From Octopus sinensis (lineage: Eukaryota), in contig NC_043015.1 of NCBI RefSeq assembly GCF_006345805.1, positions 51,956,001 through 52,020,000 of the forward strand: DNA of 64,000 nt. The letters run 5' to 3'. Every line of letters starts with the position of its first letter. Within the stretch, counting starts at the first letter, position 1. The position numbers were made by a program, and so were the translations under genes. Of the stretch, positions 13,370 to 28,278 are shown piece after piece. Under the pieces are notes generated by a model. It made no database searches, was not told the DNA's origin, and saw only the letters and a list, made by a program, of their open reading frames with translations.

Positions 13370-13406
<37 letters not shown>

Positions 13407-13899
13407 TATGCGTGTGTGTGTGTGTATATGTATGTATGTATGCCTGTATGTATGCTCAGTTTAAGATTCATTGATATATGTTGCAACACACATGTAAGGA
13501 TATGTGCTGATATGCATTCAAACATGGAGGGCCATAATCACACGCAGACATGCAGGTGCACACATGTTTTTGTGTTTGTTATACACATGTAATAACTACG
13601 TATACGAACCATGGATAAATATGCGAGCATATGTATATCTGTATGAGTAAATACACGCACACACATATACGGAAACAGACACACGTGCATATACACACAC
13701 ATACACACACACATGTACATATATCTAAATATGTATGTGTGTGTGTGTGTCTGTTTATATTTATATATGTATATATATATATTTTATATAGACATATAAT
13801 ACATATCTATCTATTGATCTATCAGTACTCTCTCTCTTTCTTTCTCTTGCTCTCTCATATACATATATACATACATACATATATATACATACATATATA

Positions 13900-13940
<41 letters not shown>

Positions 13941-14231
13941 CATATATATGCATACATGTGTCTGTTGTATAAATACTTTACATGCACAAATATACACAAG
14001 TATATACCTAAATCCACATATGCATACTTATATGTGTGTACGTATAAGCGTGCATGCACACGGACACACACACACCATACACACACACTCCTACACACAC
14101 AACACACACATGCACACATTTACGTGCATTAGACATATAATACATATCTATCTATCTCTGTGTCGCCATCTTCTCTCACTTTTTATCTCCCTCGCTCTCT
14201 CTGCATATATATATAAGTGTATATATATATG

Positions 14232-14274
<43 letters not shown>

Positions 14275-14278
14275 ATAT

Positions 14279-14338
<60 letters not shown>

Positions 14339-14471
14339 CCACATATATATATGTATATATAATATATATCATATAAATTATATATATATATATATCTATA
14401 TATATATATATATATATATCATAGCTACACATATGTATGATGCATGAATGAATGTATGTAGACGTTATAGA

Positions 14472-14571
14472 NNNNNNNNNNNNNNNNNNNNNNNNNNNNN
14501 NNNNNNNNNNNNNNNNNNNNNNNNNNNNNNNNNNNNNNNNNNNNNNNNNNNNNNNNNNNNNNNNNNNNNNN
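14472..14571. other. Assembly gap (100 N)
   Basis: Run of exactly 100 N. Confidence 1.
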
Positions 14572-16017
14572 CCGATATCTTCAAGTCGTGTCATATATAG
14601 AATCCAATTTTAAAGATAAAGCAAAGGGAAAAAAGAACAAAAGATATTCAAATATTTTAAAAAGAAGGGTTTTGCATAGGTGAGAGTTCACACAACATTA
14701 CTTGAACAATATTCGTCCTGTTCTGTTTTGATAACGTTATTTTGACGATTTATTTCTGTACTTACATTGTTTTTTTTTTCTTTTCACGGACACTTTTTTT
14801 TCTATATTCTCTATGTTAACAAAAGCAACAATGTGTGGGTTTTAAATATTAGATATTGTTTTTTGGTCTTTTCTCCTGATTGACAGTATATCACGATTTC
14901 GACATATCTATATTTGCTTAACTTTGATGTCGGTCTGGTGCTGTTGATATAAAACGTATTTACAGAGGAAACGCAAAGATGCGTCTCATGGAAAGCAATA
15001 TTTGTTCTTTCAATGAGTGTTGCAAACTACGAATATTTGCATTTCGAGTTCAGCATGAATGGACAGCTTCTAAATCACATTTTAGTTAACAGAATTATTA
15101 TTATCCATCTCAGAAAGCACGTCAGCTTTGGTGGAGTGTGATATGAAACCCTATAAATAGAGCATAATTCTGTTTACGAATTCTTTGGCTTGTTTTTATT
15201 TATTGAAACCGATGCATCGAAACAAGCTTAATATTCTTGTCCATACACATACGACACCATAGAAATATATATATACATCATACATACACACACAGTGAAA
15301 CACGAACAGACAAACACACACACGGACACATACAAACACACACACACACACACAAACATACGCATACACACATGTCCACAAATATCGAGTTATATTACAC
15401 GGATTTATATGCTTTTTGTCGTATTCTATAAAAACACGGACATAGTTTTTTTGTAGACAAACGTATTCTTGGTATCAGATAAGCACATACATATACATTG
15501 TATACACACACACGCACACACACAAACACACATGCATAAATGGTTATGGGAAATTATATATATAAACATAAATATATATGTATATATATGTATATTATAT
15601 AAATAATTTATACACCTCAATACTTTCTCTCTCTATATATATATCTATATGAGTGTGAGGCTGTAGGTATGTGTGTGTGTGTGTATGTGCAGCCTAGTTG
15701 TTTCATGCACACACAGGAATATACATGGTGTAAATATGCACATATTATATGCACGCAGAAACCACATATGCATTCTACTTGCATAAATGTTTAGTAGAGT
15801 GTAACGAATTAAGATTTTGGCTCAATGATAAAGCGAACTCTTTGGTAAAATATGTAATCACTGATCCAATCATAAGAAAGTTGGATTCTAATCACAGTAA
15901 AGCGAAAATCTCTCTCTATGTCTGTCTCTGTCTCCGCCTCTCTCTCTCTATCTATCTATCTATCTATCTCTTTTCTTATGTATGCGTGTGGTCCACAAAT
16001 CCCGATGCTTCTCTTAG

Positions 16018-16188
16018 GCAAGCAACTGCTTGCTGGCAGATCGTAATTATGGACAACAGATAGCAGAAATACGCAGCGGCACCCGCCTCACCGCCAACGT
16101 TGCAACACACATCGCCTTATCATCTGCTCAAGAAGCATCATTGCCACCATTGCAACTACAACCGACACAATCTCAAATCCACAACTAG
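16018..16188 (+). CDS. Candidate terminal coding exon of an unidentified host gene
   Basis: Acceptor GCTTCTCTTAG|G, then 57 open codons ASNCLLADRNYGQQIAEIRSGTRLTANVATHIALSSAQEASLPPLQLQPTQSQIHN*, in a GC-richer non-repeat island. No homology recognised. Confidence 0.25.
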   Translation, partial: ASNCLLADRNYGQQIAEIRSGTRLTANVATHIALSSAQEASLPPLQLQPTQSQIHN

Positions 16189-16580
16189 CAGCAGCACCAC
16201 CAACACCAATAACGACATTGTTAGCCACCATTGCAGATATACACACACACATACACAAACAATATATATTGAAATGAAACATGGACAATGATAGATATGT
16301 ACGTAGGTAGATGGATATATGCTAACGCACGCTTATATATATATGTATATGTGTGTGTGTATATATGTGTGTATGTGTTTATGTATTTATGTATTATATA
16401 TATTACATATATATAATATATATATATATATATGCTCAGAGACAGACAGACAGATAGATAGGTATATATAGATAAATAGAGAGAAAGGGAGAGAGAGAGA
16501 GACATAGGCAGATAGATAAATAGATAGATAAATAGATAGATAGACAGACACAGATAGATAGATAAAAAAAAAATATATAT

Positions 16581-16647
<67 letters not shown>

Positions 16648-17330
16648 GATAGAGAGAGAGAGAGAATATATAGATAGACTGATCGATAGACATAGAATAT
16701 AGAAAAATAGAAAGAAAAGAAAAACAGATGAGAGACAAGCATAGTTATAGATAAGCATGTAGACTGATACAGAATGTACATACGCACGCACATACATGTA
16801 TAAATAGACATATATTGTATATATATATAACACACACACACTCACACATAGAATATATAAATATATACATTGTTATATATATATAGATATAAATACATAT
16901 TTATATACATGCAATTACATAGATAAGCATATATATATTTGTGTGTAATATATATATATGGTAATATATATATATATATATATATAATATATTATATATA
17001 TATATATATATATTATTATATATATATACATACACACACACACACACATATATATGTAGATATGTAGATATAAATGATGTATGCAAGTATGTACATATTT
17101 ATCTGTACTTATGTATGTATGCATATATGTACACCTGAATGTATGTATTGCTTACAATTAATCTTAGGAATGATCTAAAGATAACGAAGAGATGAATAAT
17201 ATTTGAATAATTAGGAAAGCAATCAGGGAATTTTATGATGTAATATTCCAGAAAATTCTTTATTAATTTCCGATAATGAACTGAAGCAAATACTTGCTGC
17301 AGCTATTTGCCGTTCTTAGTTTCTAGCTTC

Positions 17331-18123
17331 TGGAAGAAGAAGAAGGAGAGGATGAAAAAGAAGAAGAAGAAGAAGAAGGAGAAGAAGAAGAAAAAGAATT
17401 AGGAGGAGGAGGAGGAGGAGGAGAAGCAGGAGGAGGAGAAGGAGGAGAAGAAGAAGGAGGAGGAGGAGAAGAAGTGGAGGAGGAAGAGGAAGAAGAAGAA
17501 GAAGAAGGAGAAGAAGAAGAAGAAGAAAAAGAAAAGAGGAGGGGAGAAAGAAGAAAGAAGAAGAGAAGAAAAAGACAAGAAATGAGGAGGAGGAGGAGGA
17601 GGAGAAGAGGAGAAGAAGAAGAAAAGAAGGAGAGAAAAAGAAAAGAGAAGCAAAGAAGAAAAAAAAGAAGAGAAGAAGAAAAAGATGAGGAGGGTAGAGG
17701 AGGAGGAGGAGGAGAAGAACGATAAGAAAAAAGAAGAAGAGAGAAGAAGAATAAGAGAAGAAAAGAAGATGAGGAGGAGTAGGAGGAGAAGAGAAGAAGA
17801 CGAAGAAGAAGAAGAAGAAGAAAAAAGAAGAAGAAAGAAGACGAAGAAAAAAGAGAAGAAGAAGAAGAAAAAGAAGAGGAAATGAAAGAAGAAGAAGAAG
17901 AAGGAGGGGAAGAAGAAGTGGGAGGGAAGAGGAGAAGAAGAAGAATAAAAAGGAGGAGAAGAAGAAGAAAAGAAGAAGAAGAAGACGAAAAAAGAAGAAG
18001 AAGAAAGAAAAGAGAGAAAAAGAGAAGGAATAAGAGTGAAGAAGGGGAGACGAAGAAGAAGGAGAAGAAAGAAAAGAAGAAGAAGAAGAAGAAGAAGAAG
18101 AAGAAGACGAAGAAGAAGAAGAA
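17331..18123. repeat. ~800-bp polypurine (GAA/GGA/AGA) compound microsatellite
   Basis: Plus strand is almost entirely A/G. The E/K/R-rich and L/F/S-rich ORFs here are translation artefacts. Confidence 0.95.
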
Positions 18124-18221
18124 CTAATAATAGGCGACATCGTATAAGTAACTATCCACGTGGACACTTCTATGGAAAGTAGTAACACGATGATTGTACT
18201 ATATAGATAGATATTAGGGAG

Positions 18222-18420
18222 CGAATGTGCTTGGCTTAGTGGTTAAGGGTATCCGGCTCGCGATCGTAAGGTTGTGAGTTGAGTTTCCGGCGATGTATTA
18301 TGTCCTTGAGCAAGACACTTTAATTTCACGTTGCTCCAGTTCACTCAGCTGGCAAAAATGAGTAACACTTTTGTTTTGAAGGGCCAACTTTTTCCCCTTC
18401 TGTCTCACGCTGAATCTTTT
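18222..18420 (+). mobile_element. tRNA-derived SINE (family C head, degenerate)
   Basis: TGGCTTAGTGGTTAAG...GTTGTGAGTT...GTCCTTGAGCAAGACACTTTAATTTCACGTTGCTCCAGTTCACTCAGCTGGCAAAAATGAGT. Confidence 0.75.
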
Positions 18421-18906
18421 TCTTTTGCTGCCCTTTGAATTCGAAGGTGTCGTTCTGCATCAAGATTTCCAACTTTTTGTACAGGGCTTCCAAAGTAGAT
18501 GATCGTCTGTCTTAACGTTCGAGTTCAAATTCTGCCGAGGTCGACCTTCCCTTTAATTCTTTGGGGTTCGATAAGATAAGTACTAGTTGAGCATTGGAGA
18601 TGCTCTGATCGACTTGATCTCCTTCTTCAAAATTTCTGACTTTGTGTCAAAATTTGAAACTAATTTGAAACATATTGTATATAGACTGGGTTTTTTTTTT
18701 ATTTATTAAAACGAGGAATTCGGAACTAACTTTTGCAAGTAATTAATGTTTGAAGAACCGAAAATAGTTGCTCAAATATCAGATAGCATTTAATGAGAAT
18801 AAGCAAATGAAATTACGCCGAAAAAATTAAAATTTGAACATTTTAAATTCCATAAAGCTGAGTAAATACACGCACGTACGCACGCACACATACATACATA
18901 CATACA

Positions 18907-18941
<35 letters not shown>

Positions 18942-19175
18942 GTGTACATATGTATGTGTGTGTCTTGACATAGAGTGAAAGAAAAGCATATACGTACAAA
19001 CGCATATAGCTACCAATATATGCATATATATATCTGTGTGTGTGTATATATATACACATATGTGGTTATATTTTATGTGTGTGTATGTATATGTATGCAT
19101 TATATATATATGTGTGTGTGTGTTTGTATATATATATATATGTGTATATATATATGTTATATAATATATGTATAT

Positions 19176-19274
<99 letters not shown>

Positions 19275-19904
19275 GCGGGATAAAATTATTAAGGTAATCA
19301 GGCATAAATTTGTAAACAATATTTCGATCTGAGTATATTCGTGGGATTATTGTTTACAAATAGATACCGATTTATATCTTATATTGTTTCGATTAAAATC
19401 AATTAGCTATTACTTATAGCTAATGTGTGTATGTGTGTGTGTGCACGCGTATATGTCGTAAACAGAAACTTAATATATATACATACATACATAAATGATT
19501 CTACATGCATTTGTCGCCGCACACACTCATATACATACGCACGCATATATGTTATGAAATAACAAATTCGTTTTCTGTATACTATCAAAATAAAGTACTA
19601 AGCAGCGATGAATATTTAAGAGAAAATTTTTCATACTCTGCGTTACCTAAGTTGTTCATGAATATTCGTATGAATGTTGACCTTTATCCCTGACAGATCC
19701 CTCTCACAAATGTAAACATGATTATAACACTGTTTTATATCGTTCTCTGACAGCCATCCCCTGAACGGTTACATCCTTCCATACTACAATGTGACATCAA
19801 TCCAATAGTAAGAACATGGCGTTGCTATTATGTTAAACAGTCTTATCTCCAAATTTGACCAAATGCGTTTTTTTTTTCAATATTTATTTTTGCTTGCAAC
19901 AGCC

Positions 19905-20130
19905 GGTTTACCTATTTCTTTACTACCCACAGAGGAGACGAACAAGGACAGACAAATGGATGAAGTCGATTATATGGACCCCAGTTCATAACTGGTACAT
20001 ATTTAATCGACCCCGAAAGGATGAAAGGCAAAGTCGACCTCGGCGGAATTTGAACTCAGAACGTAACGACAGACGAAATACCGCTAAGCATTTCGCCCGG
20101 CGTGCTAACGCTTCTGCCAGCTCGCCGCCC
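19905..20130 (-). mobile_element. tRNA-derived SINE (family A, head plus body plus B-tail)
   Basis: TTTAATCGACCCCGAAAGGATGAAAGGCAAAGTCGACCTCGGCGGAATTTGAACTCAGAACG...GCCAGCTCGCCGCC. Confidence 0.9.
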
Positions 20131-20714
20131 TCTACGGCTGGGATTACCTTTGAGAGTAAATATATTGTTTAGCTCCAGTGTCACAGTTGACAAAAAACTA
20201 ATAATAAGAACAACGACTGCAAGAACGAGTAAAAAGACAATCTGTTGCAGAAAGCTTGTATTGTCTAGCTCATTGCTTGAGTTTAGCTCAAACTTGAAAC
20301 GATTCGTCGAACTGTCGACGGATTTGCAAAATCATCCCAGTATAAATTCTACACAATAGACCACAATGGCCTATATTCAAGAAGGAGGAAAATTGAGGTT
20401 ACAGATAAATGGTATAAACATGAACGAACACAATAGACAAATTATATTAGAAACTGATAATGTAACACGCAAATTTATGAGCAAAAATGTATAGCGAAAC
20501 CAAGGGAAAATATGTAATAATTTATTTAGTTCATAGGAAATAATAAATCAAATTTTAAACCCCAAGACATAATATATGTGTTCGAATGCGTAGTTGGGGT
20601 TAATGTTGAGTATGTTCAGAGAATGTAACATCGCGTGCGTATATGTGTGTGTATGAGAGAGAGAGAATGTGTGAATGTATATATATATATATATAATCGT
20701 ATATATATATATAT

Positions 20715-20749
<35 letters not shown>

Positions 20750-21015
20750 ATGTATACACACAACCACACACGTGTGTGCGTTGGTGTGTCCGTGTATGGA
20801 AATAAATGTATGTGACACTTCCATTCTACTAAGTGCTTTATTTAGCATTTTGCACGTAGAGTTGAAATTCTTTTGATTTTAAAAACTTTTTTCCCATCAG
20901 CAGGGTTCGTGCCATCCATCCATCCATACATTGACGTGGCTAAATGTTATTTATTGCAGACACACTGACATACATAAAGCTAGAGATCTACGCATACAAA
21001 CACCCGCACACACTA

Positions 21016-21046
<31 letters not shown>

Positions 21047-21271
21047 GACTTACACGTACATACAAAGAAATATGTGTATACACATTTAAAAATATGTAAG
21101 TATGCATACACACGCACACACATATATATATGCGTGTATGTGTGTATCTATATATGTATATATAACTATGTATGCGTATGTGTGTATATATATATATACG
21201 TATATATATACATATATATGCATATATATGTATATGTATATGTGTATATATATACATATATATATATGAGC

Positions 21272-21302
<31 letters not shown>

Positions 21303-21372
21303 TACGCATATATAGTTATATGTACATATATAAATACACACATTCACGCATATATTATATATATATATATGT

Positions 21373-21405
<33 letters not shown>

Positions 21406-21543
21406 ATGTATGTATGTATGTATGTATGTATGTATGTATATGCAAACATACAATACATCAATACAAGCACACAGATAAGACGCATATGAAAAGAGATTTC
21501 TCTCTCTCACTTTATATATATATATATATAATACACACACACA

Positions 21544-21710
21544 CTCCAAGTAAAGTCAGCGCAAACTAATATCATTTTGACGGCTTCTGACATTTCTTTA
21601 AATATTTTAAATTAATGGATTCCTTTGGTGTTCAGCGAATGATACAATCATGAGAGAGCAGATGCGATATATATATATTAGATATATATATATAATATAT
21701 ATATATATAG

Positions 21711-21744
<34 letters not shown>

Positions 21745-22595
21745 TGTGGTGTGTGTGTGTGTGTGTGTGTATTTGTGGTGTAGGGGTTTGCATGTTTAAA
21801 CGTATATATCATTTTCGTATTATCAGACATTGCGGACCGCCACAATCTATTTCTCAGTGACATTTATACAACAAAAAACAAAAAAAAAACAAATAATAAA
21901 TAAAAACTTATACATATAATATAATATTCAAAAAGTAGTTTTTCAAATTTATTACTTGTAAGATGTTTAATTGCTGCACCGTATTTATTAGATGTCAACG
22001 CAACTGTGTACCCTAGACATTGTCTGTATATGCGCAAGTTAAGTACAACACACACACACACACCCACACACACACACACACTCCAAGTAAAGTCAGCGCA
22101 AACTATATCATTTTGACGGCTTCTGACATTTCTTTAAATATTTTAAATTAATGGATTCCTTTGGTGTTCAGCGAATGATACAATCAGTGAGAGAGCAATA
22201 TGCGATTATATATATATATATATATATATATGGGTGTGTGTGTGTGTGTGTGTGGTGTGTGTGTGTGTGGTGTGTGTGTGTGTGTGTGTATGTATTTGTG
22301 TGTAGGGGTTTGCATGTTTAAACGTATATATCATTTTCTGTATTATCAGACATTGCGCCACAATCTATTTCTCAGTGACATTTATACAACAAAAAACAAA
22401 AAAGAAACAAATAATAAATAAAAACTTATACATATATAGATAATATTTCCAAAAGTATTTCAAATTTTATTACTTGTAAGATGTTTAATTGCTGGACCGT
22501 ATTTATTAGATGTCAACCCAACTGTGTACCCTAGACATTGTCTGTATATGCGCAAGTTAAAGTACAACACACCACACACACACACACACACACAC
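21544..22595. repeat. Tandem duplication of a ~537-bp unit
   Basis: CTCCAAGTAAAGTCAGCGCAAACT starts at 21544 and 22081. Copies differ mainly by 1-4-bp indels. Confidence 0.9.
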
Positions 22596-22942
22596 ACATA
22601 TAAGTACAAATATGCGTGTAGATATATATAAGTATTAGGAATACATATTTAAATGCACATATATGCATATATGTACACATTTTAAGGCATGCATGCATAT
22701 ATGTATATTTGTATATAAGTTTGGATATGAATATATGTATGTGTATCATAACCATATGCATATGTATAACATAAGTATAAAAAAGTATATATATGTATAT
22801 ACATATACATATATATATATATATGTATATATGTATATATATATATATATGTGTGTATGTGTGTGTGTAAATCTGTATATCTATCTATTTACTTATCTGT
22901 ATCTATATATATGTTATATACATATGTATGTATGTATTTAGC

Positions 22943-22977
<35 letters not shown>

Positions 22978-23664
22978 ATATATATGTATGTATATATGTA
23001 TGTATATATGTATGTACGTATGTACGTATGTATGTATGCAATATGGAATCTTCACCACTTCGATTTTCTCTTCTGTATTTTTCGTCCGTTTTAAAAACTT
23101 AGTCTCAACCTAAATGTTTTGAAGTTTCTTTTGTTATGCATTTGCTCACAGCTGAATAACGCTTTCCATGTTGCTCTAGCTATCACAATTCCTTCTCAAA
23201 ATCGCTTTTCCCTTAAAACCCCACCTTCCACGACCTACTTCCATACAAGCTTCCATGCCACCGATGCAACGATTACAACCACACACACACACACACACAC
23301 TCACATACATGCACACTCACAAACACACACAAAAAGATTCCCTCACACAAACTCACAAACACACGCACGTACACCTTCTAACACTCTCTCTAACGAACAC
23401 CATTGTACTTCCTAATTTGCATACCTCTCTATACATGCACCACATGAAATACACTACTAACCCCTTACATAATGTTCCAGACAAGGAAACCCATTTTTAT
23501 CTACTCCACGCTTTTTTCTTACATCTTACCTCTACCAGAAAATAAAACTCTCCCTCGGCTTCTAATCTTTCATCCATATTTTCTCTTTAATTCTCTTGGA
23601 ATCGTTACGCTGTCTTTCACGCTCATACTTTTATCTGCTGAATGACAGAAGTAAGAAACGTTAC

Positions 23665-24032
23665 TCTTTTACTCTTTTATTTGCTTCAGTCATATGACTG
23701 TGGCCATACTGGAGCACCGCCTTTAGTCAAGGAACTCGAGCCCAGGACTTATTCTTCGTAAGCCTTGTACTTACTCTGTTGGATTCTTTTGCCAAACCGC
23801 TAAGTTACGGGGATGTAAACATACCAGAATCGGTTGTCAAGTGATGTTGGAAGGACAAACACAGACACACAAACATACACACATACATATGGTATATATA
23901 CATATATACGATGGGCTTCTTTCAGTTTCCGTCCCACTAAATCGACTCACATTGCTTTGGTCAGCCCGAGGCTATAGCAGAAGCCACATGTGGTTCGTAA
24001 GCAAGCCACTTATCACACAGCCACTCCTACGC
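23665..24032 (-). mobile_element. tRNA-derived SINE (family B)
   Basis: Same tail, body and head motifs as 11415-11795, with an internal deletion. Confidence 0.85.
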
Positions 24033-24429
24033 CTACAATTTTTCTTTTCCATTAAAGCGTCCTTCTTTATTTTATATTCCATACATACATTATAAAGGCA
24101 CGTTCGCTGGTGATTATGGTATTTCGCTTAAAATCTTAAACACCCGAGTTCGGTCCACATCGGTGCGTTTTGCCCTTAAGCAAGTTATTATATTTCACGT
24201 TACTCTAATTCACACAGTCATGTAATTCAAAGGGCCAGTTTGGCACATACTGCGTTATGCTGGATCTCACCGAAACAACGATATGGGTATGTGTACCTTT
24301 GGAGTGCTCATACACTTGTACGTTGAATCCACGAGCAGGAAGTTTCGTTAGTCGGATCATCTGGAACACTCGTCGTTATAATCAATGGAGTGCTTGTTTG
24401 TTACATGTGCGTGTGTGTGTTTCTTCTCC

Positions 24430-25245
24430 TGTCTCTAATAATATTTTCCACTCTAGGCACAAGGACCGAAAGTTTTGGGGATGGGAGCCAGTCGGTTACA
24501 TAGATCCCAGTGCATAACTGGTACTTAATTTATCGACCCCGAAAGGAAGAAAGGTAAAGTCGAACTCAGCAGAATTTGAACTCAGAACGTAAAGACAGAC
24601 GAAATACCGCTAAGTATTTCGCACGGTGCGCTAAAGTTTCTTATTTCTTTATTGTCCACAAGGGGCTAAACAGAGAGGGGACAAACAAGGTCAGACAAAA
24701 GGATTAAGTCGATTACATTGACCCCAGTGCGCAACTGGTTCTTAATTTATCGACCTCGAAAGGATAAAAGGCAAAGTTGACCTCGGCGGAATTTGAACTC
24801 AGAACGTAAAGACAGACGAGATACCTATTTCTTTACTACCTACAAAGGGCTAAACACAGAGAGGAAAAAGAAGGACAGACAAACGGATTAAGTCGATTAT
24901 ATCGACCCTAATGCGTAACTGGTACATAATTTATCGACCCCTAAGTGATGAAAGGTAAAGTCGACCCTGGCGGAATTTGAACTCAGAACGTAGCGACAGA
25001 CGAAACACCTATTTCTATTTCTTTACTACCCACTAGGGGCTAAACACAGAGAGGACAAACAAGGACAGACAAACGAATTAAATCGATGATATCGACCCCA
25101 GTGCGTAACTGGTACTTATTTAATCTACCCCGAAAGTATGAAAGCCAAAGTCGACCTCGGCGGAATTTGGACTCAGAACGTAACGGCAGACGAAATACGG
25201 CTACGCATTTCGCCCGGCGTGCTAACGTTTCTGCCAGCTCGCTGC
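24430..25245 (-). mobile_element. Family A SINE as a head-to-tail tetramer (~175-190-bp period)
   Basis: Four successive TTATCGACC...AAAG.CAAAGT.GAC...GAATTTG.ACTCAGAACGTA cores (~24530, ~24750, ~24930, ~25120), joined by the TATTTCTTTACTACCCACAAGGGGCTAAACACAGAG linker. One intact head at the 25245 end. Confidence 0.9.
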
Positions 25246-26415
25246 CTCTACTGCCTCTAATAATAACAATTACTAATTACCCAACTTCCTTTGATACATT
25301 TGCATACTGATTTATCTTGTGAACAATCTCTGTACTAAAAATCTCTTTAAGATACTACGAAAGTACAATATTTTCACCAGTTTCCCAGTCGTGATTAGCA
25401 AAACGCAAAACCGGTAGACGTATGCGTGTATGAATATTTATTTATCAAATAAGCATTTAAAAGGGGGAAACAGAGCTTTAAGAGGAAGAAAATATGTGTG
25501 TGTGTTTGTACATGTGTGTGTGTGCATTTGAGACCCACAAACGTGTGTGCGTGTGTGTATGTCTGTGTACGTAACTATACACACTCTCAGGGTGAGTGAG
25601 TGGGTGAGTGAGCGGAAAATGTTGAGGGATATTGTTTGTTCATATATTAATACCTTTTAACAGGCAACGAGTTTGTGATATTTGAGATCATATGATGCAA
25701 TTTTATAGTCTAAAAAATATATTTTCATATCGTAAGAAGATATTTTATTCTCCGCCCAGGTTTCGTACGACACGGTTCGCTAATGTAGAAGCATGGGAGA
25801 GAAAGGCATCCACTTGATATTTAAATCACTTCTCTCTGACACAAGCTGTCATAGGGGAGTCTATTAAGACATACCAGCACGTTCTTTAGAACATCACTCT
25901 CTCTATATATATATGAGAACTAAAATATCATATATTCGTATCAATAGCGCATTAACAAGGCTGAGAGAAGACATCTTGGGGGAATGTTCGCAAACTGAAT
26001 TCATATCTGGGCGACTTTCACATTTGTAATATAGTAAGAGAAAGAGAGGGAGAGAGAGAGACAGAAAGAGACAGAGAGAGACAGAGAGAGAGAGAGTGAG
26101 AGAGGGGCAACGACTTCGATAATCAGAACTTAATCTTGGAATTGGAAGACAAAATTTCCCTCTGGGGTTTAGCAACTACCAGCCACAGACTCAAATGATA
26201 TCAGCTAATTCTGACATATTCTTTTTACATAACATTAATTTCTTATATATATACACATAAAGATATACATATATATATTAGCGTCGCATTATTCTGAGTT
26301 ATAAGGGTATTTTGAATACACTTTGTACAATGAGACATAACGGAATATGATAGGACAGCAAGCATACGTATGTAGACACAAAAATTCATTGGTATAGACA
26401 TAAATCCATCCATCC

Positions 26416-26453
<38 letters not shown>

Positions 26454-26491
26454 GAGTGTACATACGTATATATACATATATATGTATATAT

Positions 26492-26532
<41 letters not shown>

Positions 26533-28060
26533 ATATACATACATATATATATATATGTATATATATACATGTGTGTATATATATATATATATGTATATAT
26601 ACGTATGTATATTCATATATATATATTATATATGTATATATGCACATATACATTGATATATACATAGAGAATGACAGATATTGGGTGGATAAATAGGCAA
26701 ATTGCTAAATACATACAAGTAGATACAGCCTATATACATACATACATGCATACATCCATCCATCCATCCATATACATACATACATACATACATACATACA
26801 TACATACATACATACATACATACATACATACATACATACATACGTACGTACGTACGTACTTACATACATACTATACATGCATACTCGAATCCATTATTCC
26901 TAATAAATATTTTATTAATACGATAGCTTTTCTTAGGAATATTTAATAGAAAAATTTCAACTAACGTGAAAATATGGATATGTGTTAGTTTAACAACGTT
27001 GTTATTGATGTCACTCTCGTTGTGTATGTTTTCCGTTCGTTTCGTTTCCATTTTAGAATTATTTCTCAGCATTATATGCCTACTTGGCTTTCAATAATCC
27101 CCATGTTTCACAAAAATAGGGATTTATTGTACATTTTTGCCTTTGAAATAGTCCACAATAACCATTACACAATGCATATTTACGCACGAACACACACATC
27201 TTTATATATATATATATATATATGCATACATACACATGTATCTATCTATCTGTCTATCTATCTAACTATATAATTATATATACAGATATATACATTTAAT
27301 ATTATGTTTATATTTATATATGTATGTATATTTATGATATCCGTACATAATATATAATATATATATATATATATTATATATATATATATATATATATTTC
27401 ACTGACGTATTTTTGTCGTTCACATTAGAAAATTTTACTGCGTCACATTTTATTTTATTTAATGTATGTATTTTAGTTTATGTTTGTTTTATTCTTCATT
27501 TTGGGAGTGGTTTGTCTTATTCTTTCTTGTGATATTATATATATATTATTTTTTTCATGCAAAATTTGCATGCATTTATGCTAAACATCAGTTTTAGCAA
27601 AAGAAAAAAAAATAGCAGATTACCTAAAAAAAAATATAAATAAATAAGGGTCATTATTTGATATTAAATGCAAAACGAATATTTATGAAAGTACATATTA
27701 CGGATTCCCAGGCGTGAAGTAAGGGAACAGCTGAAGAAAACAGACACAAAAATAAACAGAGAAAAGAAAAAAAAAACACATATACAGCAAATGTAGAAAT
27801 AAAAACAGTTGAAGAATTATATAAATAAATATGTAAAAAATGAGACAGCATATAACCAGGAATTTGACTAAATTATTATTATCTTTTTTTCTCAAAGTGA
27901 GCTGCAATGAAACTATCCATCGCCCTCGCATATGGCTGTTCTGAAAGTCTATGATAAGCGGGAATTTTGATCTCTTTACGAATGAGATCCGTAAAACATA
28001 CAATAACGTTTATTTTTACACGCGCGCACCCAGGTGGAGGTACCAAGGTGAGACATAGGC

Positions 28061-28152
<92 letters not shown>

Positions 28153-28224
28153 GCTATCTATCTATCTATCTGTCTATCTATCTATCTATCTATATATCTA
28201 TCTATCTATCTATATATATATCTA

Positions 28225-28278
<54 letters not shown>

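Noticed and set aside
19754-19807. 54-nt AG/GT-bounded open segment (PSPERLHPSILQCDINPI or HPLNGYILPYYNVTSIQ); similar candidates near 29628, 43662 and 60632
   Set aside because: Splice-like signals this short arise by chance in 64 kb, and there is no homology or partner exon.
24430-25245. Regularly spaced repeats superficially like a CRISPR array (also 35330-36125)
   Set aside because: The units are SINE bodies or contiguous minisatellite units with no unique spacers, there are no cas genes, and the context is eukaryotic.
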